The notes under the pieces: model-generated
Database searches by the model: none
The model's input: the letters and a program-made list of their open reading frames with translations, nothing else
What the model was told of the DNA's origin: nothing
Source: a virus
Taxonomy: Duplodnaviria > Caudoviricetes
Virus record (IMG/VR): IMGVR_UViG_3300014205_000002
Span: 128,001 to 192,000 of that record
Strand: one strand, 5' to 3'
Length of the DNA stretch: 64,000 nt
In this document: in pieces, positions 9,365 through 18,904 of the stretch
Layout of the letters: every line of letters begins with the position of its first letter
Position numbering within the stretch: position 1 is the stretch's first letter
Position numbers and translations under genes: made by a program

Positions 9365-9771
9365 AGACCACACCCCCACGCAGCGCCATGATCGATCTGT
9401 TTTACGGGACCTTCGGGCTGCACCTTTCCGCGTGCTCGCCCTCTTTCAACCTCAAGCCCGTCAAGGCGGAGACGGTGAACGGCATGGAGGGCACGGAGAA
9501 CGAGGCGATCCGCGCCTACGCCATCCCCGCGACCACCGGGTTCCCCTTTGAGGTGCATCTGTCGTTCTACAAGGGCGGCGGCGTCGACGTCTATGTCGGG
9601 GTCGGCGACGAGCTCACCGACCCTGCGCTTGAGGCGCGGGCCCAGGAGGCGCTGCAAGGGGTTCATGACTCCCGAGATGGCGTCGCGTTCATCTGCGACA
9701 TCAATGAGCCCACACAGGCCTTCGAGCGCAGCGTGCTGCCCCTGTGGCAGGTCTGGGCAGGGCCGGCCTGA
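9361..9771 (+). CDS. Hypothetical protein
   Basis: SD GAGGAG, ATGA overlap. Confidence 0.65.
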   Translation: MKTTPPRSAMIDLFYGTFGLHLSACSPSFNLKPVKAETVNGMEGTENEAIRAYAIPATTGFPFEVHLSFYKGGGVDVYVGVGDELTDPALEARAQEALQGVHDSRDGVAFICDINEPTQAFERSVLPLWQVWAGPA

Positions 9772-10766
9772 TGTCACGCTTCATTCTCGCGGTGCGGGTG
9801 GCCGTCGAGATCCCCGAGGATCCCCGGCCGACCAGTGAGGGCATCCGCACCGACCAGGCCGAGGCCAACCGGATCCTTCTGGGCATGACGAGTTGGGCCA
9901 GTTCCGGCGAGATTCTGGGCGCGGTGGCGATCGACACCGAGTCTGGGCTCCATGATCGCGAGACCGAGGATCTCCGAGATGACCATGACCGCTTCATCAT
10001 CAAGGACCTCCAGGAGCGCCTGGACAAGCGCGAGAAGGATCTCGGCCGGATTATCGGCCAGCGCGACGACCTCAAGGAGGCGCTGGCGGAGGCGACGCTC
10101 GCGAAGATGCGCGCCATCTGGAGCCAGCAACACACCCGCGACTGGTGGTCGACGCGCATGCATGCATTGCGGGACCTCGCGAAGGCGACGGGCATCTGGG
10201 ACAAGGTGGCCTGTATCATCGCGAACGGCCAGCCGACCATCCAGGCAGACACGCCGAACTACACGCGCGATCTGGTCGGATTGAAGTACCGGCTGGAGCT
10301 TGCGGAGAAGGAGCGCGACCAGGCGATCGCCGAGCTGCTGAAATGTCGCGAGAGCGTCATCCCCGCGCTGGAAGGCTTCCACGGCCACCGCAGCCGGCCC
10401 GTCGAGGATCTGCCCTGGTGGGAGGACGCTGGCAAGGCGATCAAGTTCCTGCGGATCTGCCATGAGACCCTCATGAACACGAGCAGCCGGCCGCCTCGCA
10501 GCATCGCTATCGACCTCTACGCCATCGAGAAGCGGCTCAAGAAGATGCCTTCGCGCAGCTGGGTCTCTGCGGAGGTACCGCCGCGCCAAGGCAAACATCG
10601 GGTCGGCTTCGCGGTGAAGTCGCCAGACGGGCAGCCCATTGCGAACGTGCTGTCGACCACGAACCTCTCGGACGAGATCAAGGAGGCGATCGCCGAGTTC
10701 ATTGCCCACACCCCCACGGACACCCGCGCCATGATCGACGAGATCAGGCGCTTGTCCCGCAACTGA
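9771..10766 (+). CDS. Mosaic coiled-coil protein with C-terminal Ead/Ea22-like domain
   Basis: TGATG coupling; AEFIAHTPTDTRAMIDEIRRL. Confidence 0.6.
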   Translation: MSRFILAVRVAVEIPEDPRPTSEGIRTDQAEANRILLGMTSWASSGEILGAVAIDTESGLHDRETEDLRDDHDRFIIKDLQERLDKREKDLGRIIGQRDDLKEALAEATLAKMRAIWSQQHTRDWWSTRMHALRDLAKATGIWDKVACIIANGQPTIQADTPNYTRDLVGLKYRLELAEKERDQAIAELLKCRESVIPALEGFHGHRSRPVEDLPWWEDAGKAIKFLRICHETLMNTSSRPPRSIAIDLYAIEKRLKKMPSRSWVSAEVPPRQGKHRVGFAVKSPDGQPIANVLSTTNLSDEIKEAIAEFIAHTPTDTRAMIDEIRRLSRN

Positions 10767-10828
10767 AAAGGATGTTCCGATGCAACACACGGGTGACACA
10801 TTTCTCTCAGCTAGTGAGAAGTCGTCCA

Positions 10829-11296
10829 ATGGAAACTGAGCCTCGCAACGCCATCGTTCTGGTCGCCTGCGCCGCGGAGAAGCAGACCCAGCGCGCGCGG
10901 GCGAAGGAGCTCTACACCTCGGACTTGTTCAAGAAGTCGCGCGCCTACGCCGAGTACCTGGTCGAGAGCGGCCAGGCAAAAGCCTGGTACATCCTCTCGG
11001 CCAAGCACGGCTTCCTTGACCCCGACAAGGAGATCGATCCCTACGACGAGTGCCTCGACAGCCGCACCGCCGAGGGGCGGCGCGCCTGGTCGGCGGGCGT
11101 CTGGTTCGACATGGCGAAGCGCTTGAAGCCGCAGCCGGCCGCGCTTATCTTCCTCGCCGGCGAGAACTACCGCAAGACGCTGGCCGTGGTCGCGGAGAAG
11201 GTCTATATGGCGGTAGAGGTGCCGATGAAGGGCCTGGGGATTGGCGAGCAAAAGGCCTGGCTCAAGGCCGCCCTGATCAAGGCCCCGAGCGCATGA
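10829..11296 (+). CDS. DUF6884-like protein
   Basis: LVACAAEK, AKELYTSDLF, WYILSAKHG, PYD and GLGIGEQ motifs. Confidence 0.75.
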   Translation: METEPRNAIVLVACAAEKQTQRARAKELYTSDLFKKSRAYAEYLVESGQAKAWYILSAKHGFLDPDKEIDPYDECLDSRTAEGRRAWSAGVWFDMAKRLKPQPAALIFLAGENYRKTLAVVAEKVYMAVEVPMKGLGIGEQKAWLKAALIKAPSA

Positions 11297-12006
11297 AGAC
11301 CATCACCGTTATAGACATCGACAAGATCCGCAAAGAGATCCCAGGCCAGATTCCATTTGATTATCGGATCTCCTTTTACGACGCGGACGGGGAACTGATT
11401 GGGGTGATCGAACCCTGGGTGCGTAAACATGGTGAGCGCTCTAGTCGGACATCTGATGCCAACCATCGTCTAATGGACGAGTGGGCTGCCAGTCATCCTT
11501 GTGTCGCATCGGCCGTTCTTAAAGATAATGGTTTCAGCTTCAAGGACGGCACATCAATCTGGGTTGGCCTTGTGGATAAGCCTTATGAGTCAGTGAATAC
11601 AGAAAAACCAAAACCAGATTACAAGTCATGGCTTTTGATGCTCAAGCCAAGGGACAATGTTGTCGTTCGTTACAAGGGCCTACTTGAATATAGACACTAT
11701 GTCGGGAACGTCAAGCACATCACGCCAAAAGGTTTCATTGTATTGACAAATGGCGCGCGCTTTGATGCCAGCGGTATCCAGTTCGGCTTATCCAAGTCAG
11801 ACCATATACCGCCAGAACTCCTTCAACCAGACAAGAAGCTACTGGACAGAGGATACCGTGAATCCGCCCTCGACTGGATCTACGGAGCGCCGGAATGGAA
11901 GAACCCAGAAGCGTTTGATACCCATACGCTGAAACAATTTGAGTATTTATTGCGCCATTTTAGAGCGCGACAGGAAGTCGAGGCGGCCGCCGATGTCAAA
12001 GGCTAA
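11293..12006 (+). CDS. Hypothetical protein, low GC
   Basis: ATGA overlap; visibly AT-richer codons than neighbours. Confidence 0.7.
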   Translation: MKTITVIDIDKIRKEIPGQIPFDYRISFYDADGELIGVIEPWVRKHGERSSRTSDANHRLMDEWAASHPCVASAVLKDNGFSFKDGTSIWVGLVDKPYESVNTEKPKPDYKSWLLMLKPRDNVVVRYKGLLEYRHYVGNVKHITPKGFIVLTNGARFDASGIQFGLSKSDHIPPELLQPDKKLLDRGYRESALDWIYGAPEWKNPEAFDTHTLKQFEYLLRHFRARQEVEAAADVKG

Positions 12007-12478
12007 GCTCAAGGTCTGCCCGGTCTGCGGCCACCACGTGGAGCCCCAGGAGATGGTGGTCGAGCCGACGCGCCAGGTCGCCTGCACGTACTGCCACGAG
12101 AATGTGCTCAACCAGAACATGGAGGTCCTATCGGCGGACACGGTGGCGATCGCGCGGGCGATCCGGGCCTTCCGTCGGCCGGACGTACCCAAGGACACCG
12201 TGTGGCAGGAAGTGGTCGAGGGCTGGGAACCCTTGGGTCACGCGATCCTTGACCACTGGTACGCGAGGCCGCGGGGCCTCAAGGCGGGTGTCCGACACAA
12301 CTCGCTGGGATGGGAGTTGTCTTCGGCGCTCGCCGACACCTACGAGACGTTCGGCTACCCGTTCTCGCCGCGGATCTGCATGAGTCTCGCGCTGCTGTTC
12401 GAGGCGCAGATCGAGCTATTCTTGGAGGATTGCCCCTTGGAGAAGATCGATGAATCTTCCGTTTCACCGCCTCGGTAG
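11993..12478 (+). CDS. Zn-ribbon hypothetical protein
   Basis: CPVC...CTYC. Confidence 0.65.
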   Translation: MSKAKLKVCPVCGHHVEPQEMVVEPTRQVACTYCHENVLNQNMEVLSADTVAIARAIRAFRRPDVPKDTVWQEVVEGWEPLGHAILDHWYARPRGLKAGVRHNSLGWELSSALADTYETFGYPFSPRICMSLALLFEAQIELFLEDCPLEKIDESSVSPPR

Positions 12479-12839
12479 CATCGGTCAGGACGGTGCCTTT
12501 GGGCTCTACGCCGCTCCGCGGAGGCGGCGCGATCCCCTGTACCGCAAGCTGATGGAACTCATGCGCGAGCTGAGCCTGGCGACCCCTGAGGAGGAGGCCC
12601 GGGCCAGCGACCATGTACAATGGTTGAAGCTGGAACGCAGTGATCGCATCCTGACCTTCCGGTATCTCAAGTGCTACGAGCGGTACTTCGTGATGGATGA
12701 TGGCGCGCTGCTGCTGGACAGCAGCATGTTCGGCACCTTCCCCCGTCACGTCCGTTCGATCGTGGATCAGACGATTATTGCGTACGCGTCGCGTTTCAAA
12801 CGCGCCCGCGGTGGACCCGAAGGAGATAGGCCGCCATGA
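12450..12839 (+). CDS. Hypothetical protein
   Basis: SD GGAG, operon packing. Confidence 0.6.
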   Translation: MNLPFHRLGSIGQDGAFGLYAAPRRRRDPLYRKLMELMRELSLATPEEEARASDHVQWLKLERSDRILTFRYLKCYERYFVMDDGALLLDSSMFGTFPRHVRSIVDQTIIAYASRFKRARGGPEGDRPP

Positions 12840-13051
12840 CACCCGAATGGCTTACGAGCGAGGTGGATAAACTGGAGTCGACGATGCGGTGCCGGCATGT
12901 CGAACCCATGGAACTGCCCTTGCGCCCGATGTATCTGTGTATCTTGGAGAACGCGCTCAAGCGCGGCTACAGCCTGATCGAGTTTCACGCGGTGATGGCG
13001 GCGTTCCATCAGCGCCAGCTCCAACGCTTGGAGGAGGCTAAAACCCGATGA
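12836..13051 (+). CDS. Hypothetical protein
   Basis: SD AAGGAG, ATGA overlaps. Confidence 0.6.
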   Translation: MTPEWLTSEVDKLESTMRCRHVEPMELPLRPMYLCILENALKRGYSLIEFHAVMAAFHQRQLQRLEEAKTR

Positions 13052-13737
13052 ACGAGACTATATTCGACCCCGCCTGGTACCCGGGCCGGACGCTCTACAA
13101 GGGCGGCGAGTTCGCGGTGACGGACGTCGGCTGGGGGCTTGGCGTGGAGATGACGGCGTCGCCGTTGATTGCCCGGGCCTGCTCAGAGGCCAATGACAGG
13201 CGGTATACGGCGCAGTCTCCGCGGGTGGCCCCGTGGGCGCGCATCCTCGGTGCCACCGGCAGCGACGAGCGCAGCGACTACCAGTCGATGCCGCTCGCCG
13301 AGTGGCAGAAACTGCTGGCGCTCGCGCGCGAGTACGGGCTGACCAATCTCGGCGATTATATGAGCTACGGCCAGGCCCATGAGGACGAACCCTGGCCATG
13401 GGAGACCGTGATCGATCACCGCGGATGCGAAAGCAGCCTGCCGCTGGAGTTCCTCGTTCACGCAATCCGCACCCTCGGCTACGACGGCTTCCTGACCGCA
13501 GTGCCGACATATCTGTTCACGCAGCATCCCGGCTATGGCGACAACCCCCGACTCTGGGAGCCGCAACTCGTGCAGGCGTTCGCGCCCTACGACCTCTTTC
13601 CGGTGCTGGTGGTCTTAAACGACCAGGCCTATATGGAGGTGGACGAGCCGATGCCAGCGGTGGACATCGCGAACCCATTCGGCCTGTTGCACCCGCCGTC
13701 ACCGCCGGACTCGCTGGCTCCCGCCCTCGCGACGTGA
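13048..13737 (+). CDS. Hypothetical protein
   Basis: SD GGAGG, ATGA overlap. Confidence 0.65.
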   Translation: MNETIFDPAWYPGRTLYKGGEFAVTDVGWGLGVEMTASPLIARACSEANDRRYTAQSPRVAPWARILGATGSDERSDYQSMPLAEWQKLLALAREYGLTNLGDYMSYGQAHEDEPWPWETVIDHRGCESSLPLEFLVHAIRTLGYDGFLTAVPTYLFTQHPGYGDNPRLWEPQLVQAFAPYDLFPVLVVLNDQAYMEVDEPMPAVDIANPFGLLHPPSPPDSLAPALAT

Positions 13738-13937
13738 CGCGCAAGACGAAGCCGCCGTGCGGCAAGAAGGGCTGCTCGGCCTCCAGCGGGGTGTGCGGCC
13801 GACTGACCTTCGGCCGCGGCAAGCTCGACCGCCACGGCTACTGGTCGCACCCCTGCCACGCCTGCGCCCGCGCCTACGAGCGTCTGTCGCCCGGCGAGCA
13901 GGCCTGGCCGCTCCCCCCATCCCCACGCGCCCTGTAG
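13734..13937 (+). CDS. Small Cys-rich protein
   Basis: GTGA overlap; CGKKGC...C...PCHAC. Confidence 0.5.
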   Translation: MTRKTKPPCGKKGCSASSGVCGRLTFGRGKLDRHGYWSHPCHACARAYERLSPGEQAWPLPPSPRAL

Positions 13938-13955
13938 GGCCAGCAGGAGGACTCC

Positions 13956-14189
13956 ATGGACATCCCCGATCCCTCACCGTACGACGGATTCCCCCGCCCG
14001 ATCCGCAACCCCGAAGCCCTGCACCGCCAGATCGTCTGGCCGATCAAGCCCTCGCCGTGCTCCACGGCTTACTGGAACGACGAGGACTGGCTCAAGTATG
14101 TGCGCAGCTTCCGACCCAAGGACTACGCCGGCGGCGAGACCGACCAGGAGGCCTGGGCGGCCCACCTCAAATCCAAGGAGACGCCATGA
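13956..14189 (+). CDS. Hypothetical protein
   Basis: SD AGGAGG. Confidence 0.6.
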   Translation: MDIPDPSPYDGFPRPIRNPEALHRQIVWPIKPSPCSTAYWNDEDWLKYVRSFRPKDYAGGETDQEAWAAHLKSKETP

Positions 14190-15433
14190 TCCGCGTCCTT
14201 CACACCGCAGACTGGCACCTCGGGGTTACCGGCTACGGCCAGATGAACCCCGTGTCCGGCCAGCACCAACGGCTGGAAGACTACTTGGCTACTATCGACC
14301 AGATGGTCGCCTACGCCCTGGCGAACCTGATCGACGTGTTCCTGGTCTCTGGCGACATCTACCACACCAAGACGCCGGACAGCACGCAGCAGCGCGAGTT
14401 CGCCAAGCGCGTGCATGTGCTCGTGCAGGCGGGCATCCTGGTCGTGCTGCTGGTCGGCAACCACGACGCGATCGGACGCGAAAACGCCGCGAACCCGCTC
14501 GATCTCTACACAGCGCTCGACATCCCTGGCGTTTACGTCCTGCGTGAGCCCGCGGTGACCACGATCGAGACCCGCAGCGGGCCGGTTCAAGTGGCTTCAT
14601 TGCCGCACATGTCTCGGTCGATCATCGAGGCGCGCCGCACGGAGATGGCGGAGGACATGAACGCGAGCGAACATGAGATGGAGGCCATCCTCGGCGGCAT
14701 CGTCACGGAGCTGGCGGGTCGGATCGACCCGACGATTCCCTCCGTGCTCGCCGCTCACTGGGCGATCGACGTGGCCCTGGCGGGAAGCGAGGGGCAGATG
14801 ATGCTCGGCCGCGGGCTCACCCTGTCGCTCGCGGCGCTCCAGCAGCCGGAATTCGACTATGTGGCGATGGGGCATATCCACAAGCCCCAGAGTTGGCTCG
14901 GAGAGGGCCCGCTGGTGGCTTACCCAGGCTCGCCCGACCGCGTGGACTTCGGTGAGGAAGACGACGAGAAGGGCTTCCTCGTGGTCGAGCTGGAAGCCGG
15001 CAGCGCCACGTCGGTGCGAGTGCCGCTCCAGGTGCGCCCCTTCGTGACGATCCGCCCGAACCTGACGGACGCCGAGTACCCGACCGATGCGCTGGTGGCA
15101 GCGATCGGCCAGGTCGAGGTGGCCGGCGCGGTCGTGCGGCTGGCCTACACGCTCAAGTCGGATCGGGTCAAGCAGATCGACGAGGCGCGCGTGCGGGAGG
15201 CGCTCGCGTCGGCCTTCTATGTCGCCTGGCGGCCGAACATCTTGCCCGCCGAGGCACGCATGCGAAACCCCAGCCTCGCGGCCAGCTGCGCCGGCGATCC
15301 GCTGACGTCACTCGGATCCTATATCGACGCCATGCCTGAACTGGCCGATCGACGCGAGGTGCTGCTTGCAGCTGGCGCGGCGCTGTGCGCCAGTCTTTCG
15401 GGCGACCCCATTGGAGAGGTAGCCCGCGCATGA
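14186..15433 (+). CDS. sbcD: SbcD/Mre11-like nuclease
   Basis: HTADWHLG, GDIYH, GNHD, GHIH and YPGSP metallophosphoesterase motifs. Confidence 0.93.
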   Translation: MIRVLHTADWHLGVTGYGQMNPVSGQHQRLEDYLATIDQMVAYALANLIDVFLVSGDIYHTKTPDSTQQREFAKRVHVLVQAGILVVLLVGNHDAIGRENAANPLDLYTALDIPGVYVLREPAVTTIETRSGPVQVASLPHMSRSIIEARRTEMAEDMNASEHEMEAILGGIVTELAGRIDPTIPSVLAAHWAIDVALAGSEGQMMLGRGLTLSLAALQQPEFDYVAMGHIHKPQSWLGEGPLVAYPGSPDRVDFGEEDDEKGFLVVELEAGSATSVRVPLQVRPFVTIRPNLTDAEYPTDALVAAIGQVEVAGAVVRLAYTLKSDRVKQIDEARVREALASAFYVAWRPNILPAEARMRNPSLAASCAGDPLTSLGSYIDAMPELADRREVLLAAGAALCASLSGDPIGEVARA

Positions 15434-18051
15434 TCCCGAACCGTATTCGCCTGCGCAACTTCATGTCGCACGAGAACATGGATCTCGACCTCACGGCGAT
15501 CCACGCCGCCGTGCTCACCGGCTCAAACGGGGCCGGCAAGTCGGCGATCCTTGAAAGCATCATCTGGGCCCTCTGGGGCAAGTGCCGCTCGGACAATGAC
15601 GAGGTGATCCGGATCGGCCAGGCCGAGTGTCAGGTCGAGCTGACTTTCGAGTGCGAGGGCGCGCTCTACCGTGTCACCCGCCGGCGCAGCACCAAGAAGG
15701 GGGTCGCGACCCAGTTGGAACTCTGCTACATCCCCGACTCCGTGGACACCGACAAGAACATCCCCATGACCGGAGCCGGGGTCAAGGAGACGCAGCTGCG
15801 CATCAACGATCTGCTCAAGATCGACTATGAGACGTTCACCGCCTCGGTCTTCTTGGGCCAGGGCAAGAGCGACACCTTCACGGTGGCGAAGCCCACCGAA
15901 CGGAAAGCCTTGCTAGGCGAGATTCTGGGGCTCTCGCAATACGATATCCTGGCCCAGGGAGCGCGCGATCGCGGGCGCATCGCGAGCGTGGCCGTGGACA
16001 GCCTGGAGGGCACGATCGCACGCCTGCGGGCGCGGGCGATGGAGGCCGGCGATCTCGATGGAGCGCTGGTGGCGTCCAAACTCGCGAGCGACCAGGCGGC
16101 GGCGGCACGGCAGGCGCTCGACGAATTACTGGCGAAGCTCCAGGCTGAGGCGTTGCTCACCGCGGCGGCCGCGGCCGAGGCTTTGCGCCATGAGCAAGCG
16201 CGGCTCGCGGCGGTGGCGATCCTTGCGCGCATCGACGGCGAGATTCTGGGTCTGCGCGGTCAGGCCGTCATTCCTGCCACGCGTGCGGACGTTGAGCAGG
16301 CCCACACGGTATGGCAGCAGCTGACGGCGGCCGAGGCCACGGCGCGCACCCGCGCGGACGCCTGGCAGGCCTTGCAGCAGCGCATCGGCCAGGAGGAGGC
16401 GCAGGGCCGGGATGGCCTGCACCGGATCGACCTCGCGATCGCCGGACGCGAGGAGAATGGGCGGGCCGCCCGGCGGGACTTGGAGCGCCGGCTGGAGGAG
16501 GCGCGGACCACCGCCGCCGGTCACGCCGCCCTCGTGACCGAGCATGCGAAGGTTCAGGCCGAGCTCGCGGCGGTCGAGGCGTTGCTGCCGCAGCTGGAGG
16601 CTGTGCAGCTGAACGGCATCGAGCTTCGCGCGGCGTACGACCTCCTCAAGGCCGATGGCGTGAGGATCGTGGAGCGCTGCGAGGCGACGGCGGCGAAGAT
16701 CACGCGGATGGACGCCGAACTCGGTCATGACGGCTGTGAGGCGACCTGTCCGCTGTGCGCGAGCTCACTGAGCGGCGAGCGGCTCGCGAACCTGCGCACC
16801 CAGCTAATCCAAGAGATGCAGACCGACGCCGAAAAGCGCTGTGAGGTCGCGGAGGCACTGGCACAGGCGGAGCCGAAGCTGGAGGCGTCCCGCGCGGCCT
16901 ATGTGGATTTGCGGGATCGCATCAAGGGCCAGGCCGATATCCAGCGCCGCGAGGTCGCACTGGCCGGCCAGGTGAGCCAGGCGGCCGATGCCGTGAGCCT
17001 GGTCGTCTGGCTGGAGTCGGCGGCCTCGGTCCAGGAGGTGCCGGATACCGAGTTGGTCGCGCTGCAATCTGAGCGTGCGGCCCTGGTGGCCGCGAACCTC
17101 GCTGTCAGCCAGGCATCGCTCGCCGAGCAGCAGGCGGTCGGACATGATGCCGCGGGCTACGCGGTGTTGCGCGGGCAGCTCGCGGAGGTTGCCGAGGCTC
17201 CGGCGCGCTGGGCCGAACTCCAGCAGGCGTTGTTGGCGGTCGAGCAGGCGCAGAGCGCTATTGCCCGCCTGGAGGGCGAGCGAGAGGGGCATGTGCGCTC
17301 GGCTAGCGAGGCCGCCATCGCGGCGAACGAGGCCCGTATCCGGGCGACCAGGCACGGGGACTGCGAGCGCGAACTGGCGGCCACCCAGTCGGAGGTGATC
17401 GCCCAGCGCAACGTGGAGCGTCTGGCTCAGCAAGAGGTCGCGCGCATCGAGGCGGCGATCACCCGGGCCCAGGAGGACGCTGCGGAGCTGGTGATTCGCG
17501 AGGTGGAATGGAACCGCGCCACCGAGGATGTGCGCACGTTCAAGACGCTCGACAAGGCCTTCGGCAAGGGCGGCATCCAGGCTCATGCGATCGAGGCCGC
17601 CATTCCCGAGATCGAAGAAGAGGCCAACAGGATCCTCGGGGGCATCTGCGAAAACCAGATGCGCATCACCCTCGTGACCCAACGCGACACCAAGGCGGGA
17701 ACGGTGGTGGAGACGCTCGACGTGCGGATCGAGGACGATGCTGGCGCGCGTCCCTACGAATCCTACTCGGGAGGCGAGGCTTTCCGTATCAACTTCGCCA
17801 TCCGGCTTGCGCTCTCGCGCCTGTTGGCGCGGCGTGCGGGGGCCAGGCTGGAGACGCTGGTGATCGACGAGGGCTTCGGTTCCCAAGACGATCAGGGGCG
17901 GGCGCGGTTGGTCGAAGCGATCAACGCCGTGTCTGGTGAATTCCGGCGTATCCTGGTCGTGACCCACATCCGCGAGTTGCGCGAGCTGTTCAACACGCAG
18001 ATCGACGTCACAAAGGTGCGTGGCGTCTCCCATGTGCGCGTGGCGGGTTAG
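15430..18051 (+). CDS. sbcC: SbcC/Rad50-like SMC ATPase
   Basis: GSNGAGKS, CPLC zinc hook, SGGE signature, IDEGFGSQD, VVTH. Confidence 0.95.
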   Translation: MIPNRIRLRNFMSHENMDLDLTAIHAAVLTGSNGAGKSAILESIIWALWGKCRSDNDEVIRIGQAECQVELTFECEGALYRVTRRRSTKKGVATQLELCYIPDSVDTDKNIPMTGAGVKETQLRINDLLKIDYETFTASVFLGQGKSDTFTVAKPTERKALLGEILGLSQYDILAQGARDRGRIASVAVDSLEGTIARLRARAMEAGDLDGALVASKLASDQAAAARQALDELLAKLQAEALLTAAAAAEALRHEQARLAAVAILARIDGEILGLRGQAVIPATRADVEQAHTVWQQLTAAEATARTRADAWQALQQRIGQEEAQGRDGLHRIDLAIAGREENGRAARRDLERRLEEARTTAAGHAALVTEHAKVQAELAAVEALLPQLEAVQLNGIELRAAYDLLKADGVRIVERCEATAAKITRMDAELGHDGCEATCPLCASSLSGERLANLRTQLIQEMQTDAEKRCEVAEALAQAEPKLEASRAAYVDLRDRIKGQADIQRREVALAGQVSQAADAVSLVVWLESAASVQEVPDTELVALQSERAALVAANLAVSQASLAEQQAVGHDAAGYAVLRGQLAEVAEAPARWAELQQALLAVEQAQSAIARLEGEREGHVRSASEAAIAANEARIRATRHGDCERELAATQSEVIAQRNVERLAQQEVARIEAAITRAQEDAAELVIREVEWNRATEDVRTFKTLDKAFGKGGIQAHAIEAAIPEIEEEANRILGGICENQMRITLVTQRDTKAGTVVETLDVRIEDDAGARPYESYSGGEAFRINFAIRLALSRLLARRAGARLETLVIDEGFGSQDDQGRARLVEAINAVSGEFRRILVVTHIRELRELFNTQIDVTKVRGVSHVRVAG

Positions 18052-18377
18052 ACGTCAGGGAGGTCGCCCCGCTCGGCGTAAGCGGCGCGCACCTCCTTGA
18101 CGTAGCGGCGGCACGGATAGAAGTGCGGAACCGCCCGGGGCGGGAGGAGTTCCTCCTCCTTGGTCTTCGGGCGGACGAACCGCTGGGCCTTGTGGATCGT
18201 GACTCCGAAAATGCCAAAATTCCGAAACGTGACGGAAAGCCCGTCCCGCATGGCCTTGGCGAGCACGTCCAAGAAGGCGTCCAGGACAGTCTCTACGTCC
18301 TCCTGAGAGATCTGGGCGCGGTGAGAAACAGCCTGTATCAGGCGTCTTCGTGATAACGAGGGGCCATGCTTGTTCAT
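18048..18377 (-). CDS. HU/IHF family DNA-binding protein
   Basis: VTFRNFGIF...RPKTKE...PHF pattern; ATG 6 nt after a -10 box. Confidence 0.85.
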   Translation of the reverse strand: MNKHGPSLSRRRLIQAVSHRAQISQEDVETVLDAFLDVLAKAMRDGLSVTFRNFGIFGVTIHKAQRFVRPKTKEEELLPPRAVPHFYPCRRYVKEVRAAYAERGDLPDV

Positions 18378-18383
18378 GGAACC

Positions 18384-18412
18384 ATTATCCGCGCGGGTCG
18401 GACCAAGGTCAA
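18384..18412 (-). promoter_or_regulatory. Sigma70 promoter of the HU gene (probably leaderless mRNA)
   Basis: TTGACC-17-GATAAT on the minus strand. Confidence 0.7.
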
Positions 18413-18458
18413 GAACCGCTCGAAGTGAGACGGTGACTCGACCCTGCGGACTGACTGA

Positions 18459-18501
18459 ACTCTGATTACATGTTGCATTTGTAATCAGAGTGCGGTAATG
18501 T
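18459..18501 (+). promoter_or_regulatory. Promoter TTGCAT-17-TAATGT overlapped by a 12-bp-arm inverted repeat (operator)
   Basis: ACTCTGATTACA-N9-TGTAATCAGAGT at 18459-18491. Confidence 0.6.
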
Positions 18502-18546
18502 GCAAGAGTACATATAACGACGTGGTCGGCAAAAAAGGAGTGAACC

Positions 18547-18903
18547 ATGAGTCAAGCGGCAGCGCCCAAGATCGTCTGCATCTACGACTGCCAGGTGGTG
18601 AAGAACGGTCGGTCCTTGTCGGTGACGCTCCGGAACCATGTCTCAAAGGCCATGGGGCTAAAGCCTGGTGACCCCGTGCGAATCGCGGTCCGCGATGACG
18701 GGGTGCATGTGCTGGTCTTCATGGAGACAGAGATGACCAGCAACGGCGGCTCGACGACCATGCCGCGGCCGATTCATCTGGCGATGGAGGATCCGACCAA
18801 GCCGCTCCTGGTCATTCCCGAAGGCCGGCGCGTGCGGGCGAAGACGTCCTTCATTCGTAGCCTGAACGCGCGCGATCAGCGCCAGTTCAAGTTCGCCCAG
18901 TAG
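18547..18903 (+). CDS. AbrB/MazE-like DNA-binding protein
   Basis: KNGRSLSVTL...AMGLKPGDPV swapped-hairpin motif; SD AAGGAG. Confidence 0.75.
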   Translation: MSQAAAPKIVCIYDCQVVKNGRSLSVTLRNHVSKAMGLKPGDPVRIAVRDDGVHVLVFMETEMTSNGGSTTMPRPIHLAMEDPTKPLLVIPEGRRVRAKTSFIRSLNARDQRQFKFAQ

Positions 18904-18904
18904 G

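Noticed and set aside
7767-10766. Two Ead/Ea22-like domains
   Set aside because: Common shuffled phage accessory module; no sign of a distinct system
16804-18033. Long antisense and alternate-frame ORFs (for example 16804-18033, 19307-20515, 38829-40115, 43419-44660)
   Set aside because: Shadow ORFs expected at high GC3 opposite well-supported genes
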